The notes: generated from the letters alone by a model not told the origin. Positions 11,152 to 22,318 are shown, counted from the stretch's first letter. The stretch is DNA of 64,000 bases from an uncultured virus (IMG/VR IMGVR_UViG_3300033068_001295) (IMGVR_UViG_3300033068_001295); one strand, 5' to 3'. A program made the numbers and translations.

Positions 11152-11885
11152 TTTTTATAGTTTTTTAATAGTACCAAGTTTGTCTTATTTTTTCTTTTAC
11201 CATTTAAATAGCCTCTTAAAGTATTGAGATTTATGCCTGTTTCTTTGGATGCTTCTTTTGAATTCTCATAAATAATTAGGGTTATAGTATCAATAACTCT
11301 TCTTTTTTCATCTCTTATTCTTTTATTATTTTCTTTTTCTATACGGTCTAATTCATTTGCTTTTATTCTGTCTTCCTTTGAGAGTCCTCCTCTTGCAATT
11401 CTTGCTCTTTCGATTGCATCTTTTGTTGTTTGTAACATACCTTTTCCAAAATTAGGGTTGTTACTCCCCGCAACGGATGGGCGTGCTCCTCTCATTTTTT
11501 GTTTCGCCTCTTCACTTCGTTTTTGCCCTGTCTTTTTTAATTCATTGCTTGTGTGGTATATTGTATTTATAACCCCTCCGCCTCCATCTGTCATATTTGC
11601 AAGCACACCTGTTTTTAAATCTCGGCGACCATATAAAGCAATAAACTCTATTTCTTTTTGTTTGATGAATTCGTAATCGTCAGATTCTAATAGGATTTCT
11701 ACTTCGTATTCTGTTTTGTTTGTTATTAAGTTCCATATATTATTTCTTTTTCTCTCACAATAAGCTCTAGCATACTCTGCTTTATTATTTGAAAATCTAA
11801 TATTGTCTCTTTTTGTCCCTATGCCAATATAGAAAGGTTCGTTTTTATCTAATCGTATGTGTCGATATATATAGTATTTTTTCAT
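11148..11885 (-). CDS. Free-standing GIY-YIG homing endonuclease with NUMOD-type/HTH C-terminus
   Basis: YYIYRH...FYIGIG motif, EIEFIALYGR..L.N.TDGG, NPNFGK, and C-terminal YENSKEASKETGIN..TL HTH. Confidence 0.85.
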   Translation of the reverse strand: MKKYYIYRHIRLDKNEPFYIGIGTKRDNIRFSNNKAEYARAYCERKRNNIWNLITNKTEYEVEILLESDDYEFIKQKEIEFIALYGRRDLKTGVLANMTDGGGGVINTIYHTSNELKKTGQKRSEEAKQKMRGARPSVAGSNNPNFGKGMLQTTKDAIERARIARGGLSKEDRIKANELDRIEKENNKRIRDEKRRVIDTITLIIYENSKEASKETGINLNTLRGYLNGKRKNKTNLVLLKNYKK

Positions 11886-11898
11886 CTATTATAATTTA

Positions 11899-11927
11899 AA
11901 AAATGCCCTAGTAAAAGGGCAAAATTA
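11899..11927 (-). promoter_or_regulatory. TAATTTTG -7 element overlapping a hairpin plus T-run upstream of the homing endonuclease
   Basis: caaaatta at 11920-11927; tgccct (11904-11909) pairs with agggca (11916-11921); T-run follows on the minus strand. Confidence 0.45.
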
Positions 11928-11966
11928 GTCTATTTTATTTTAAAAACAAAATGCGTAAAATTTTTA

Positions 11967-14900
11967 TTAAGGTTTTTGATTTTTTGTCCACGACTCTATC
12001 AACATCTGTTGTAGCTTATTTCTTTCTTCGGGAGTTTTTGCATTTGAAAACAAAGAGTTTAAATACTTATCAGGTTGATTAACTGTGAACTTAGTTGGAT
12101 TTACAAAATCTACACTAGAACCTGTTGTTTGGTAGTTGTCCATTGTGGCATTGGTCAAATTTAAATCGCGTATATCTTCAAAATTTTGTCTTCTATCGCC
12201 TTCAACAGCATTGTAGTATTTATTCCATGCATTCTCACTGTTATTCATTGTAGCAAATGCTTCAGTTTCATACTGTTTTTTAAGTCCTTCGTTTAAAAGT
12301 TGTTCTTTACCTGATTGCCCAATGTTAAAAGTTGCTGTTGCGTCTTCTGATGCTATATCTGCTAATTCTTGCGTTGTAATAGCTTGTGTGTTTGCTTGCT
12401 GTTCTTGCCCTAGTAAATTTGCTAACATACTTGCTCTTAGCGCAGGCGGTAAATCTTTTGTTTGCTCATAAGCGGTTTGCATTGCACTGCTATTAGCCAC
12501 TAAACTATTTTCTACACTTCCTTTTTGCGCCTCTTTTCTACCTAAATTCACTTGTTGTAAATAAGGATTTGTTACTGATGAAGGTGTTGTTCTAAAAGGA
12601 GTGAATAAATCAGGGATAATGTTTTTAGTTAAATTTCTTTGAACTACTGTTGCATCTTCTTGTGTTGGTAATGTATCTTCTGTTGGTGTTACTGGCGTTT
12701 GTAACTGCTGTATATTTGGTAAAGGGGCATTTATTTTGGGAGTTTCAATTTTAGGTGTGCTTAATGTACTTGGTGACACCAATGGAAATCTGTAGTCCCA
12801 TTTATTATCTTGAAATTGCTCATTCCAAAAAGTGTCTGGTACTCTATTCTCTTTTTGAGCCAATTCTGAAACTTTTTTTAACTCTTCTTCTGTGTACCCC
12901 GTAGACGGTTTGTTTACAGGAACTCCCGCTTGTTTAAATAGCTCTGGGTTATTTTTTTGTAAGTAGCTTACTCCTTTTGCTGTTAACTTTGCTTGTTTTG
13001 CATATTCTGTTACTGTAGTCGGATGTTTTTCAACCATAAACTTTTGTAACTTACCTGCTTCTTTATTTAAATCTTTTGCGTTTGGGTCAGCATCTCCTTC
13101 ATATCCTAATGTTACCGCTTGTTTGTAAAACTCATTAAACCTTTCTCTTTTTTGAGCATCTGTTAATTTTCCGCCTTCCTGCATCATAGGTTGTTGCTCC
13201 TCACCACCTTGTTGTAAAGAATCTAACATTTGCTGTAATGCGTTTTGTTGCTCTTCGGGAGAAATTGCTTGTAATTGCTCTATAATAGCTTGTGGGTCTT
13301 GTTGTGTTGCTTGGGCGTAAGCCTGTATGATTTGTTCTTGCGTAATTTCTTTTTGTTCCTCTTGTGTATTACTTTGAGAACCCTCAATAACTTCTTCCTG
13401 TTGGTTTTGAATTCCCCCTTCTTGCATCTTCATTAACTCAGCTAATCTTTCTTCTGAAATATTGTATTGTTTTGCTAATTGACGTACTTCATCTGAGATA
13501 ATCATTCCACCCTCTTCGCATTTTTTACCACCATCTTTAAGTATTTCTGTTCCGTCTCCGCGCTTCGGTATGCTTTCCTGAGCTTCAAATATATCTTCAA
13601 ATATTTTTGATTGTTCAGACTGCAATTCTAATTTTTTATCTTGCACTTCTTTAACCTCTTTTGAAAGAAATTCCATATTTAGTTCCTTAGTATTTTCATC
13701 TTCAATTTTTAAAGTTTTGTCCACTTTTTTAAAGTATTCTTTTTCTTCTTCTATTAAATCTGTTACACCAATTTTCTTATTTACTTTATCCATTACTTTA
13801 GCAAAAGTATCCGTAGCTTTAGCTTTTATTCCGTATTTATCTGAAAAACTTTTTGCATTAGTTGCTCCAATTTTTGTAAAATCTGAAAGAACCTTTGAGC
13901 CAGATGGTAACGACGTTTTAATTCCCCCTTGTTCATGTGTCTCACCAACTGCTTTTCTAACCATTCCGTCTTCTCCGTCTTTAACGTGTTCTGCGTTTTC
14001 TATTTCTACTGAGGGGTTGTTTGAATCCGTAATAAACTGTCCTGTCAATAAGTCTGCATTAGTTACTTCCCCACCTTTTTGTAAGTATTTTAAAATAACT
14101 TTACCACCCTCTTCTAAAGATGTATAGTTTGGTTTTGTATTGTATAACTTATTTTTTACACTTTCTTCTAGTTGTTTATTTTGTTTTCCCGCACCATAAG
14201 CTCCTAAAAAGTTTCTTGCTCCTTTAAATAAAGAAAGCCCTGCTCCCATAACACCTTGCCCTGTCTTTCCTTCCCCAAAAGATTTTCCTGCATAAGCTAA
14301 TGATTGGTCTAATCCAAAACTTCCTCCAAAAGGATTTATCAAATTATATCTTACATAATCATCGTATTGTAAATTTGTATTTATAGGATTTCCATTCTCA
14401 TCGTAGTTGTCTTCTCCTGTTGATGGGTTTGTATAGGAATTTGTAACTCTATTTTGAGCCATTCTGTTCTCCATCTCCATACTTGGATTATAACCCTCTT
14501 GTGTCATATTTGTAGGGTCAATAGCTATACCCTCATTAGGTGGGTAATTTTGTTGAGCTTGAGAGAAAAATAGATTATAGTTGTCATAGAATGAACCACC
14601 TTGTTGTTTAATCGCCAAACCGTTTTCACTATAAGGTTGTTTCAATGATTCCATATAAATTTTAAAGTTATTCATATTTTGCATACCTTTGTACCCAGAA
14701 GAATCAATATACTCAAAGTCTTCATTCTCTGTCTTAGCCTTATTTGGGTCTGTATAAAAAACTTTAAAATAATTTCCAGGAGGTAGTTGGTTATTATCTT
14801 TGTATCCTTGTGTGGTTACAGGTTGTATTTTAAATATTTTTCTTTGCGGAGCTATACTTGCTTTTTCTTGCTCTGCTGTCAATGCCCCGCCTTCTTGGTA

Positions 14901-15005
14901 TTTTTTTTCAGACATAGATATAGCAATGGCAATAGCCTGTTCTCTTGGTCTTCCCTCTGCTATTAACTTAGCTATCTTGTGGCTTATGAATGTTTGTTTG
15001 TCCAT
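11967..15005 (-). CDS. Internal virion cargo protein with repeated double-Gly motifs and a Gln-rich segment, 1012 aa
   Basis: About 10 xxxGG motifs (YQEGG, KQQGG, LEEGG, LQKGG, HEQGG, LKDGG, CEEGG, MQEGG x2, LQQGG). Confidence 0.6.
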   Translation of the reverse strand: MDKQTFISHKIAKLIAEGRPREQAIAIAISMSEKKYQEGGALTAEQEKASIAPQRKIFKIQPVTTQGYKDNNQLPPGNYFKVFYTDPNKAKTENEDFEYIDSSGYKGMQNMNNFKIYMESLKQPYSENGLAIKQQGGSFYDNYNLFFSQAQQNYPPNEGIAIDPTNMTQEGYNPSMEMENRMAQNRVTNSYTNPSTGEDNYDENGNPINTNLQYDDYVRYNLINPFGGSFGLDQSLAYAGKSFGEGKTGQGVMGAGLSLFKGARNFLGAYGAGKQNKQLEESVKNKLYNTKPNYTSLEEGGKVILKYLQKGGEVTNADLLTGQFITDSNNPSVEIENAEHVKDGEDGMVRKAVGETHEQGGIKTSLPSGSKVLSDFTKIGATNAKSFSDKYGIKAKATDTFAKVMDKVNKKIGVTDLIEEEKEYFKKVDKTLKIEDENTKELNMEFLSKEVKEVQDKKLELQSEQSKIFEDIFEAQESIPKRGDGTEILKDGGKKCEEGGMIISDEVRQLAKQYNISEERLAELMKMQEGGIQNQQEEVIEGSQSNTQEEQKEITQEQIIQAYAQATQQDPQAIIEQLQAISPEEQQNALQQMLDSLQQGGEEQQPMMQEGGKLTDAQKRERFNEFYKQAVTLGYEGDADPNAKDLNKEAGKLQKFMVEKHPTTVTEYAKQAKLTAKGVSYLQKNNPELFKQAGVPVNKPSTGYTEEELKKVSELAQKENRVPDTFWNEQFQDNKWDYRFPLVSPSTLSTPKIETPKINAPLPNIQQLQTPVTPTEDTLPTQEDATVVQRNLTKNIIPDLFTPFRTTPSSVTNPYLQQVNLGRKEAQKGSVENSLVANSSAMQTAYEQTKDLPPALRASMLANLLGQEQQANTQAITTQELADIASEDATATFNIGQSGKEQLLNEGLKKQYETEAFATMNNSENAWNKYYNAVEGDRRQNFEDIRDLNLTNATMDNYQTTGSSVDFVNPTKFTVNQPDKYLNSLFSNAKTPEERNKLQQMLIESWTKNQKP

Positions 15006-16024
15006 ATTGGTATTTCTAAAACGTTTTTTGTATTTTTAAAGAAGTAGTCTTTGTTGGGTTCTAATATTTTTTGTTCTCCTGTTTCTATTGATTTGGCAAT
15101 GATAGGGTAGTTTACATTCTTCATTGTTATATTTGGGGCAGGCACAATTACAGGTTTACCGTTACTTGCAAAAACACCTCTTGAACTCACAGGAATTCCT
15201 CCCTCTTGCATCAAAGGGTTATTAACAAATTGACTCACCTCGTTATATTGGTCTGTTATATCTGCAAATCTTTGTATTGGTTGTTGTGGCTGTTCTTCAA
15301 CTACTGCTGTTGGTTGTTGTTTTATTTTTTCGGCGTAGTCTTGTAAGAATTTCTTTTCTGCCTGCTTTTGTGTAAGAACTTTTGTTGCTTCTTCTGCGGG
15401 TTTTACTCCTTCTACCTCTTGTTCAGTTTCTTCCGCTAAATTAGTGGTTTCTTCTGTATTATCAAAATTAGTAAAACTTGGTGTTATATAAGGTTCTACC
15501 TCTTTGCTATAAGTACTTTTAATCTTGTTTACATCTCCTATTTTTTTTGCCGACCAATCATAGACTTGTGAAACTGTCTTTACACTACCATCCTTATTAT
15601 AAAAAACACCTTTGTTTGCATTTAAAGTTGACGGAGAAATAAAATAATCAACAGGCATATTACTGTCTTTTTTTTGGGCTTTGAAAAAATTAGAAGCTCC
15701 TTGTACCCCTAAAAAATGTGTTAAATATCTATCTGCATCTTGTACAGGTCTTCCAAGTATAGGTTGTATCTGTTGCTCATTCTCTTTGGTAAATATTCTT
15801 GCAACTTTTTCTGCTTTTACAGGGTCTCTTCTATCGTTAAGAGTGTACCCTAACTTATACCTTTTTACGATATCGTTCCAAGTAGAGTCTATAAACTGAT
15901 AAGAGCCTAATGCAGAGCTAATTTTAGCTTTTGCATTAGGGTTATTACCTGATTCCACTATTGCTACCTTTTTTAAATAATTTGAATAGGGGTCTTCTTG
16001 ATACTGTTTAACTGTCATTCCCAT
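14984..16024 (-). CDS. Virion-associated lytic transglycosylase (lysozyme-like fold)
   Basis: IVESGNNPNAKAKISSALGSYQFIDSTW, then YLTHFLG. Confidence 0.8.
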   Translation of the reverse strand: MGMTVKQYQEDPYSNYLKKVAIVESGNNPNAKAKISSALGSYQFIDSTWNDIVKRYKLGYTLNDRRDPVKAEKVARIFTKENEQQIQPILGRPVQDADRYLTHFLGVQGASNFFKAQKKDSNMPVDYFISPSTLNANKGVFYNKDGSVKTVSQVYDWSAKKIGDVNKIKSTYSKEVEPYITPSFTNFDNTEETTNLAEETEQEVEGVKPAEEATKVLTQKQAEKKFLQDYAEKIKQQPTAVVEEQPQQPIQRFADITDQYNEVSQFVNNPLMQEGGIPVSSRGVFASNGKPVIVPAPNITMKNVNYPIIAKSIETGEQKILEPNKDYFFKNTKNVLEIPIWTNKHS

Positions 16025-16027
16025 ATA

Positions 16028-19000
16028 TTAGTATATTGTTTCTGTATTAACAGTGTTCTTTAAGGTTATTCCAAACGCTGTTTTTTCATCATTAGTTAAT
16101 CTAACTAAAAACCATTCGCCTCTTAATTTTTCCAATACTTGTTTGTGGTTTTTAAAATTTACAACATTTGTATTAATTGTTTTATTAATCATGTTTTTAT
16201 CCCACAACCATATTGGCACATTTACATCTTGATTTCTAACTCTGTTGTAGAAATAATTAAAGTGGTGTTTTCCCTCTTTTGGTGTGTATAAAATAGCTTG
16301 TTCTAATCTATCAGGAGATGTCATTGGATAGTTTCTAACATCGGATATAGTTTTTTGCTCTACAAGGTTTAAAACGCCTGAATTTTGAGTGTTATTGTAT
16401 ATTACAGCTTTGTTAAATCCAACGCCTTTCCATTGAGAGTAATCCCACTCATTTTGCCAACGTTTTGCTTCAACATTTAATGCAATGTTGTTTAAAAACT
16501 TATTTGCATTTTCATTGATTATAGGAAACTCCACAGTAAATGGATAAACTCTTCCGTTAAACACTTGAAATGAACTGTTATCTAAATTGTGACTCCATAA
16601 TGTTCCTGAATCTTCTCCCCAATTAAAACCTGTTTGAAAATAATCATTATGAGAACTGTAATAGTCTGGATTTAATGAGTGATAGCTACTCCACATTCCC
16701 TCTGATAGTTTATATGAAATAGTCCATGACATATCTTCAAAAAAATCGCTATTATCATAGTATATAGGTGTTCTTACATCATCTTCCTCAATATAAAAAC
16801 CTATTTCTTCATCATAACTAATAGGTTGTTTTAAAATGTAATCTCTTTTAGTTACAAACAATCTACTAAATCTATTGTCATATCCTAACGATATCCCTAT
16901 TCCTTTGTACTTATTATCTATATCTACATTTTGAACATATTTTAATATCTTAAAAGGTAGGTGTTCTCTGAACCAATTAGTCATGCCTGATAAATTGTTT
17001 CCATTTCTCTCGGAAATCACTTCCAAATTATCCCCTGTTTGTAAGAATATTTGACCTCTTTTCGCATCAACTGTAACTCTTCCGAAAGGTGTTGATAAGC
17101 TTTCTGTGTTTTGTGTCCCCGCAAATCCCAAATCGGTTGTTTTTAACTCCGTAGGTCTTGTAGCGAACATTCCTGCCAATCCTAAGTTCTTATTAGATGG
17201 CGTTAATCTATCTGCTAATTTATCAACTGCATTAAATACAACTTGTTGGTTTTCAAATCTAGCTAATATTTCGCTTCTTTCTAAAGCTATTAAATCAATT
17301 AGTTTTCCATATTTTGTCGGGAATTCATACCAATTTAAAGGTTTGTAAATTAACCAAGGGTCAGAATAGTTGTTCTCGCTATTATCTGGCTCAGAACATA
17401 CTAATGCATTTTCTTGGTTGTCTCTAAGAGCCCAATCTATTTTACTGTAAGTGGTATCTAGTTTTCTAAACGGTGTGTTAGAAACAACAGAAGAATATAG
17501 TTTATTGTATTTAAAATCTCTGTTTTCTGCTATTGGTATCTTTGATTCTTGTGTCCAATTTATAACGTCTCCTGCTTGTGGGTAGAAATTCTCTTTTAAT
17601 TGTTTTCCCGCATATCTAAAATTACAATTGATTTCACTCTCCACTAAGAAGCTAGTTATTCCATAGTAGAATAAATACATTTTAGCAGGAGGTTTAATAT
17701 AAAATCTGTTTCTTGAGGATAAGCAGTCGAAATTGTAATGACTGTCAATATCAGGAAATGGAATCCCTGCAAAATTATATTCGGTGTCTGATTTATAGTT
17801 ACAGTAGTATTTTGGATAGCCAATGTTTCTATAATCGCTATAATTGAATGGAACTTTATCTGCTGTTCCTACTACGTTTTTTCTAAATATAGGTACTTTT
17901 CTAAGTTCTGAATATCTTGAAATACACACATTGCCTCCAAAAATAGTTTTACAGGTTGTATCTGTGTCTAATTCTTGGTAATGCCCCATAGTCAACCATT
18001 TGATACTGTCAATAGTTCCAAATTGGTCTGGTATGTAATTTTTCAAGGTAAAGTAAGGACTTCCTACATTTCTAACACTCTCAGCAGTTCCGTCACAATT
18101 GTTTTGACTTAATATAGTTCTACTGCCTACCTGTGGTGCAATCTTATTGTTATCGTAGTTTATGTAAGATAAGTCATAGTTAAAGTAATGGTCTCCAAGA
18201 GATAAAAATGTTGACCTTTCTCTTAGAAAATTGTTTACAAAAATAGGTTTTCCTGTTGCTCCATCATTCTCGTCTCTAAATGTAAAGTCTCCCGACAATA
18301 AATGTTTTTTTACAGAAATACCTCTTGTATAATTATCTTCATCTTGGGCTACTAAAAAATTATTATGGTGTCCTGTGGATATTCCGTAGTTGGCAAAATT
18401 GTATGCCGCCCCCAAATCCTCAAAAACTTTTAACCACTCGTATCTGTATCTTCCTTTGTTTACAACTGCTCCGTATAATGCGGAGATTAGAAATATACCC
18501 AGTGTTGTATATTTAACCGCAACGCTAGGGGCATCTGAACCAGCTCCTGCGGGGCCTCCAAAAAACCAACCCCCTATTTCTTTTCTTATATTTGCTACTC
18601 CAATTGCTATCTCTAAAGCAACCTCGGTTACTGCTAAAAACTCTGCTGTTCTTCTTGCTTTCTGTCCTAATATTGTCCATTTAGGATGTTCGTCAACATT
18701 TGGAAATATTGCTTTAGATTTTCCCAATTGATATCCTGTTAAAACAACTTCATTAGGGATAGCTATTTTGTTAAAAGCTAAATCAGGGCTTAAAAATGTA
18801 AATCTATTGTTTTTCTGCCCTGCAAATGGGTGTGGGATAAGCGTAGACGAACTTGACGAAGTTAGGTGTAGTAAATCGTCCCCTAAGTCGTTGTGTGGAT
18901 AGTTTGCATATAGTACTTTATTATTACCTTGGTTATACTGATACATGTCATATCCCAAACCACTTGCAATAACACTTTTAGCAAAACTATTATCTCCTTT

Positions 19001-22000
19001 CATTATCTCATATCCTGCAATATTATCAAATTCCTCTTGTGTTATCAAGTTATTATTCTTAGCAACTAAAAGCATTGTTGAAACAATGTTTGAGTCTACT
19101 TCTATTCCTAATGGAAATATAATACCATCAGAAAAAGATGCTCCATTTGTATCTGACATAAATGGGCTAACTTTGTTATCTGGGAATTTGAAATGTCTAA
19201 TAGGCTCACAAACTAAATTAGTTAGTGGCTTATCAGTGTCTACGTTTACTTTATAAATATAATTTCCATTTATGTCTGTGCCCTCTACAAAATAACTTTT
19301 AAATTTTAACTTATCTTTCGCTTGTAATAGAGCTAAATCTTCTTCATTTATTACTAAATTACTGCTGTTGTATAGCTCTTCATTATCGGGGTAATTTTCC
19401 GTAGATTGCCAAAAAGCAAAGTCTCCTTTTTTATATGCTTGTGGTTCACAATCTTGTACTTTAGGAATAAAATACGTACATTTAGATGAGTATGTTTCCA
19501 CCTTATCGATAGATAAACTTGTCCAAGATACTTCCACATACTTATTTTCTATGTCTCTCGTAACAATAGAAAAACAGCCGTCTGGTGGAGCAGTTCTTGC
19601 TAAAGTCATAGAATCAAAACAAGTTGGGTCTTCATCTGGTGGAGTAGGTGGTACATAAAATTTTGCTGAGGCATCTACAATTTTACAGTCTACAGCTACA
19701 AAAAAACTATTACCTGTAACTGTTCCTAAATTTGTTGTTGTTCCTGCCTCGTTAGTTACCAACAAATCTCCTGCAACTTTTTCAAACATAAGCATTCCAC
19801 CCGTAGCTAAATTAACCAAAGCGGAATGAAAATTTGTAGTCGAAGTACACTTATTATAGAAAGTTAGACGCACTACTTGACCATTCGCGATATCGTCATC
19901 ATCTGCGGGGTCAAGAATTTTTGATAACTCTAAAATAAACTTAGTCCTGTTTAACGTCTGAACTTTAAACCATAAAGCTCCTACATGTATTTTATTGTTC
20001 CAACCTGATGATATTGCATCAGAATCTAATGTAGTTAATAATCCTGCTACACTGCTTGCACCTGTATAGTTATGAAAATAGCCTTGTACACTATCATTAG
20101 TACTTGTTATGTTTTGAACCTCTTCGGCGTAAGAACACTCGGTATTTTCAAAATCGAAATTTCTAATAAAAGCTGTTTCTCCACATGGCATGTAATTTGC
20201 CACAAAAGTTGTGTTTACAACAGGTGTTCCGCTAGTTCCTAATCTGTATAGATTACAAAAACTAGGAGGTCTAACTCTTATATAGTCATCAGGAAAAAGG
20301 CTCTCTATGAATTGCTTCTCTTGCACATTTACAACTGTTGTTAACCAAGTGGTAGGTGTTGTTCCTGTGGCTATAAAATATTGACCCTCTTGAATATATC
20401 CGACATTTGAAAAATCATCTCCTGCTTCTAATACGTCTATAATATACTCTCTTCCAACTTCTAATGAATCCCCAATGGTCAGTTCTGTTGAAATTTCTGA
20501 TATTTGTGTAGTTGATGATTCAAATGCAGGTGTTGTGCATGTATCCCCAAAAAGGTCTTCTACATCTGAGCAATGGTCATCGGGATAGGTGTTTAGTAAA
20601 TATAGAGCTAATTCAGGGATATAAGAATCTGAAGTAGGGTTAGTTACTTCATCAAAATTATCATTAATATAGCTTCTTAAATCTGTGAATTCTGCCTCTA
20701 GTGTAAGTATTATAGTGTCTTGTGAAACTACTGCAACATCTTCTACTATACAACTTCTTTCTGTGTATTCTTCAACTTCAACTCCATTTTCTAAGTCTGA
20801 GCAATATCCGTCTTCTGCACTAGCAGTGTTAAATATCTTCCATCTTTGATTTCTTGATTTTTTTGTGCAATTTGGTGTTGTGGCTTCTAAAGATACTCTA
20901 TTGTCATTTTCTGAATCAACTTCTTCTAAATCTGTATCTAAGGCAGGTCTTGCCACCATAGGAAAATTAGCCGAGTAGCTCCCGTCTTTGTTATAAAATC
21001 TTATAGATAATGGTTGAACTTCGTCCCTGGCAAATCCTTTGTACCTTGCTGTTGCTACTGCCGATTTATATAAATCTTCTTTTGCTATGCTTGATTGCCA
21101 CTTAATTAAAGAGCTAAATAAGTTTACAACAGGTTGTAAGTTTATTTCTGGTTTTTTTGATATGCCCCACATAAACTTTTTTCCCTCTATTGCAACGTCT
21201 CCTTTGGCTTTACTAAACGGTGGTCTAACTTTTGTCAATACGCTCATTTCAACAGCCCTTCTTATTACAGAATTACCATTTGAAATTGTGTCGTCATTAG
21301 TTGTTTGAGAACTTGTATGCAATACAGTGTTATCTGTGGTTGGGTATATACCAACAATATAAGCGGACTCTGTTTTATTAACATTGCTTTTTTCTACACA
21401 AACAACTTTATAATATTGAAAGGTTTTATCTAAGTTATTAGCTTTTAACCTTATTGAAAAATTTGTAAAAGAATCTAGTTCTGTTTGAGCTAATACAACA
21501 TTATTCTCATCAAAAATAGATGTGGGATTTGTTGGAGTGCTGTAATTAGTTATTTCGCTTCCCTCTACATCACAGTATGCGGCATAATACTCATAAACTC
21601 CTAGTTTTAAATTTCCTCCTGTTTGTAAGGTATCTACCTCTAACTGTATTTTTGTATGCTCTGGGAATTGTAATAGTTTACTGACAATAGGGCACTCTGT
21701 TATAATATCGTCTCCGCATGGAACTTCTTCTATAAATAGATAAGAAACATCTGATACCCTTATCCATCTTGGTGGGTTTTTATAATCATTAAAATAAATT
21801 ACAGTTCCTGTTTTTTCAACTTTTATCTCAGGAGATTTAATAGGAAAATTTATATCAAAATTAAAACCTGTTTCTCCATCATCAACTAAGCAGTTGTCAT
21901 TTACCAACTCTATATATTCATGTAATGGATATTGAGTTTGTTCTTCTAAAGGTGTATCTAAGGTGTTTGCCACAGATTCACAATCTCCGCAGTCAATAGG

Positions 22001-22312
22001 CTCATCAAAATTATTTATAACATACTTTACATCATTTACATAACCAATAGATGATTTTCTTGTAGTAGGGTTAGTTAAGAAGTAATAAGTTCTGTCTGAT
22101 GTAATATCTTTTTGTTGTAATATTACTTTGTAGTCAGAAAAAAATACAGATAACCTGTTTGAGGGTTCATTGGTTATGTTTACCTTGTCCCCCGTCTGAT
22201 TTTCTGTATTTGCATTTAAAGCAAATGTATAATCTGTGTTTTTTAACAGTGACGGATGTGTGTCTCTGTTCATTCCAACTTTAGGTGCAGATATGTTTTT
22301 ATTTTCTTTCAA
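16028..22312 (-). CDS. Tail stabilisation/nozzle protein (crAss-like Tstab), 2094 aa
   Basis: N-terminal GMNRD...FALNA, very large size, and position after the tail tubular gene as in crAss-like phages. Confidence 0.7.
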   Translation of the reverse strand: MKENKNISAPKVGMNRDTHPSLLKNTDYTFALNANTENQTGDKVNITNEPSNRLSVFFSDYKVILQQKDITSDRTYYFLTNPTTRKSSIGYVNDVKYVINNFDEPIDCGDCESVANTLDTPLEEQTQYPLHEYIELVNDNCLVDDGETGFNFDINFPIKSPEIKVEKTGTVIYFNDYKNPPRWIRVSDVSYLFIEEVPCGDDIITECPIVSKLLQFPEHTKIQLEVDTLQTGGNLKLGVYEYYAAYCDVEGSEITNYSTPTNPTSIFDENNVVLAQTELDSFTNFSIRLKANNLDKTFQYYKVVCVEKSNVNKTESAYIVGIYPTTDNTVLHTSSQTTNDDTISNGNSVIRRAVEMSVLTKVRPPFSKAKGDVAIEGKKFMWGISKKPEINLQPVVNLFSSLIKWQSSIAKEDLYKSAVATARYKGFARDEVQPLSIRFYNKDGSYSANFPMVARPALDTDLEEVDSENDNRVSLEATTPNCTKKSRNQRWKIFNTASAEDGYCSDLENGVEVEEYTERSCIVEDVAVVSQDTIILTLEAEFTDLRSYINDNFDEVTNPTSDSYIPELALYLLNTYPDDHCSDVEDLFGDTCTTPAFESSTTQISEISTELTIGDSLEVGREYIIDVLEAGDDFSNVGYIQEGQYFIATGTTPTTWLTTVVNVQEKQFIESLFPDDYIRVRPPSFCNLYRLGTSGTPVVNTTFVANYMPCGETAFIRNFDFENTECSYAEEVQNITSTNDSVQGYFHNYTGASSVAGLLTTLDSDAISSGWNNKIHVGALWFKVQTLNRTKFILELSKILDPADDDDIANGQVVRLTFYNKCTSTTNFHSALVNLATGGMLMFEKVAGDLLVTNEAGTTTNLGTVTGNSFFVAVDCKIVDASAKFYVPPTPPDEDPTCFDSMTLARTAPPDGCFSIVTRDIENKYVEVSWTSLSIDKVETYSSKCTYFIPKVQDCEPQAYKKGDFAFWQSTENYPDNEELYNSSNLVINEEDLALLQAKDKLKFKSYFVEGTDINGNYIYKVNVDTDKPLTNLVCEPIRHFKFPDNKVSPFMSDTNGASFSDGIIFPLGIEVDSNIVSTMLLVAKNNNLITQEEFDNIAGYEIMKGDNSFAKSVIASGLGYDMYQYNQGNNKVLYANYPHNDLGDDLLHLTSSSSSTLIPHPFAGQKNNRFTFLSPDLAFNKIAIPNEVVLTGYQLGKSKAIFPNVDEHPKWTILGQKARRTAEFLAVTEVALEIAIGVANIRKEIGGWFFGGPAGAGSDAPSVAVKYTTLGIFLISALYGAVVNKGRYRYEWLKVFEDLGAAYNFANYGISTGHHNNFLVAQDEDNYTRGISVKKHLLSGDFTFRDENDGATGKPIFVNNFLRERSTFLSLGDHYFNYDLSYINYDNNKIAPQVGSRTILSQNNCDGTAESVRNVGSPYFTLKNYIPDQFGTIDSIKWLTMGHYQELDTDTTCKTIFGGNVCISRYSELRKVPIFRKNVVGTADKVPFNYSDYRNIGYPKYYCNYKSDTEYNFAGIPFPDIDSHYNFDCLSSRNRFYIKPPAKMYLFYYGITSFLVESEINCNFRYAGKQLKENFYPQAGDVINWTQESKIPIAENRDFKYNKLYSSVVSNTPFRKLDTTYSKIDWALRDNQENALVCSEPDNSENNYSDPWLIYKPLNWYEFPTKYGKLIDLIALERSEILARFENQQVVFNAVDKLADRLTPSNKNLGLAGMFATRPTELKTTDLGFAGTQNTESLSTPFGRVTVDAKRGQIFLQTGDNLEVISERNGNNLSGMTNWFREHLPFKILKYVQNVDIDNKYKGIGISLGYDNRFSRLFVTKRDYILKQPISYDEEIGFYIEEDDVRTPIYYDNSDFFEDMSWTISYKLSEGMWSSYHSLNPDYYSSHNDYFQTGFNWGEDSGTLWSHNLDNSSFQVFNGRVYPFTVEFPIINENANKFLNNIALNVEAKRWQNEWDYSQWKGVGFNKAVIYNNTQNSGVLNLVEQKTISDVRNYPMTSPDRLEQAILYTPKEGKHHFNYFYNRVRNQDVNVPIWLWDKNMINKTINTNVVNFKNHKQVLEKLRGEWFLVRLTNDEKTAFGITLKNTVNTETIY

Positions 22313-22318
22313 AACTTA

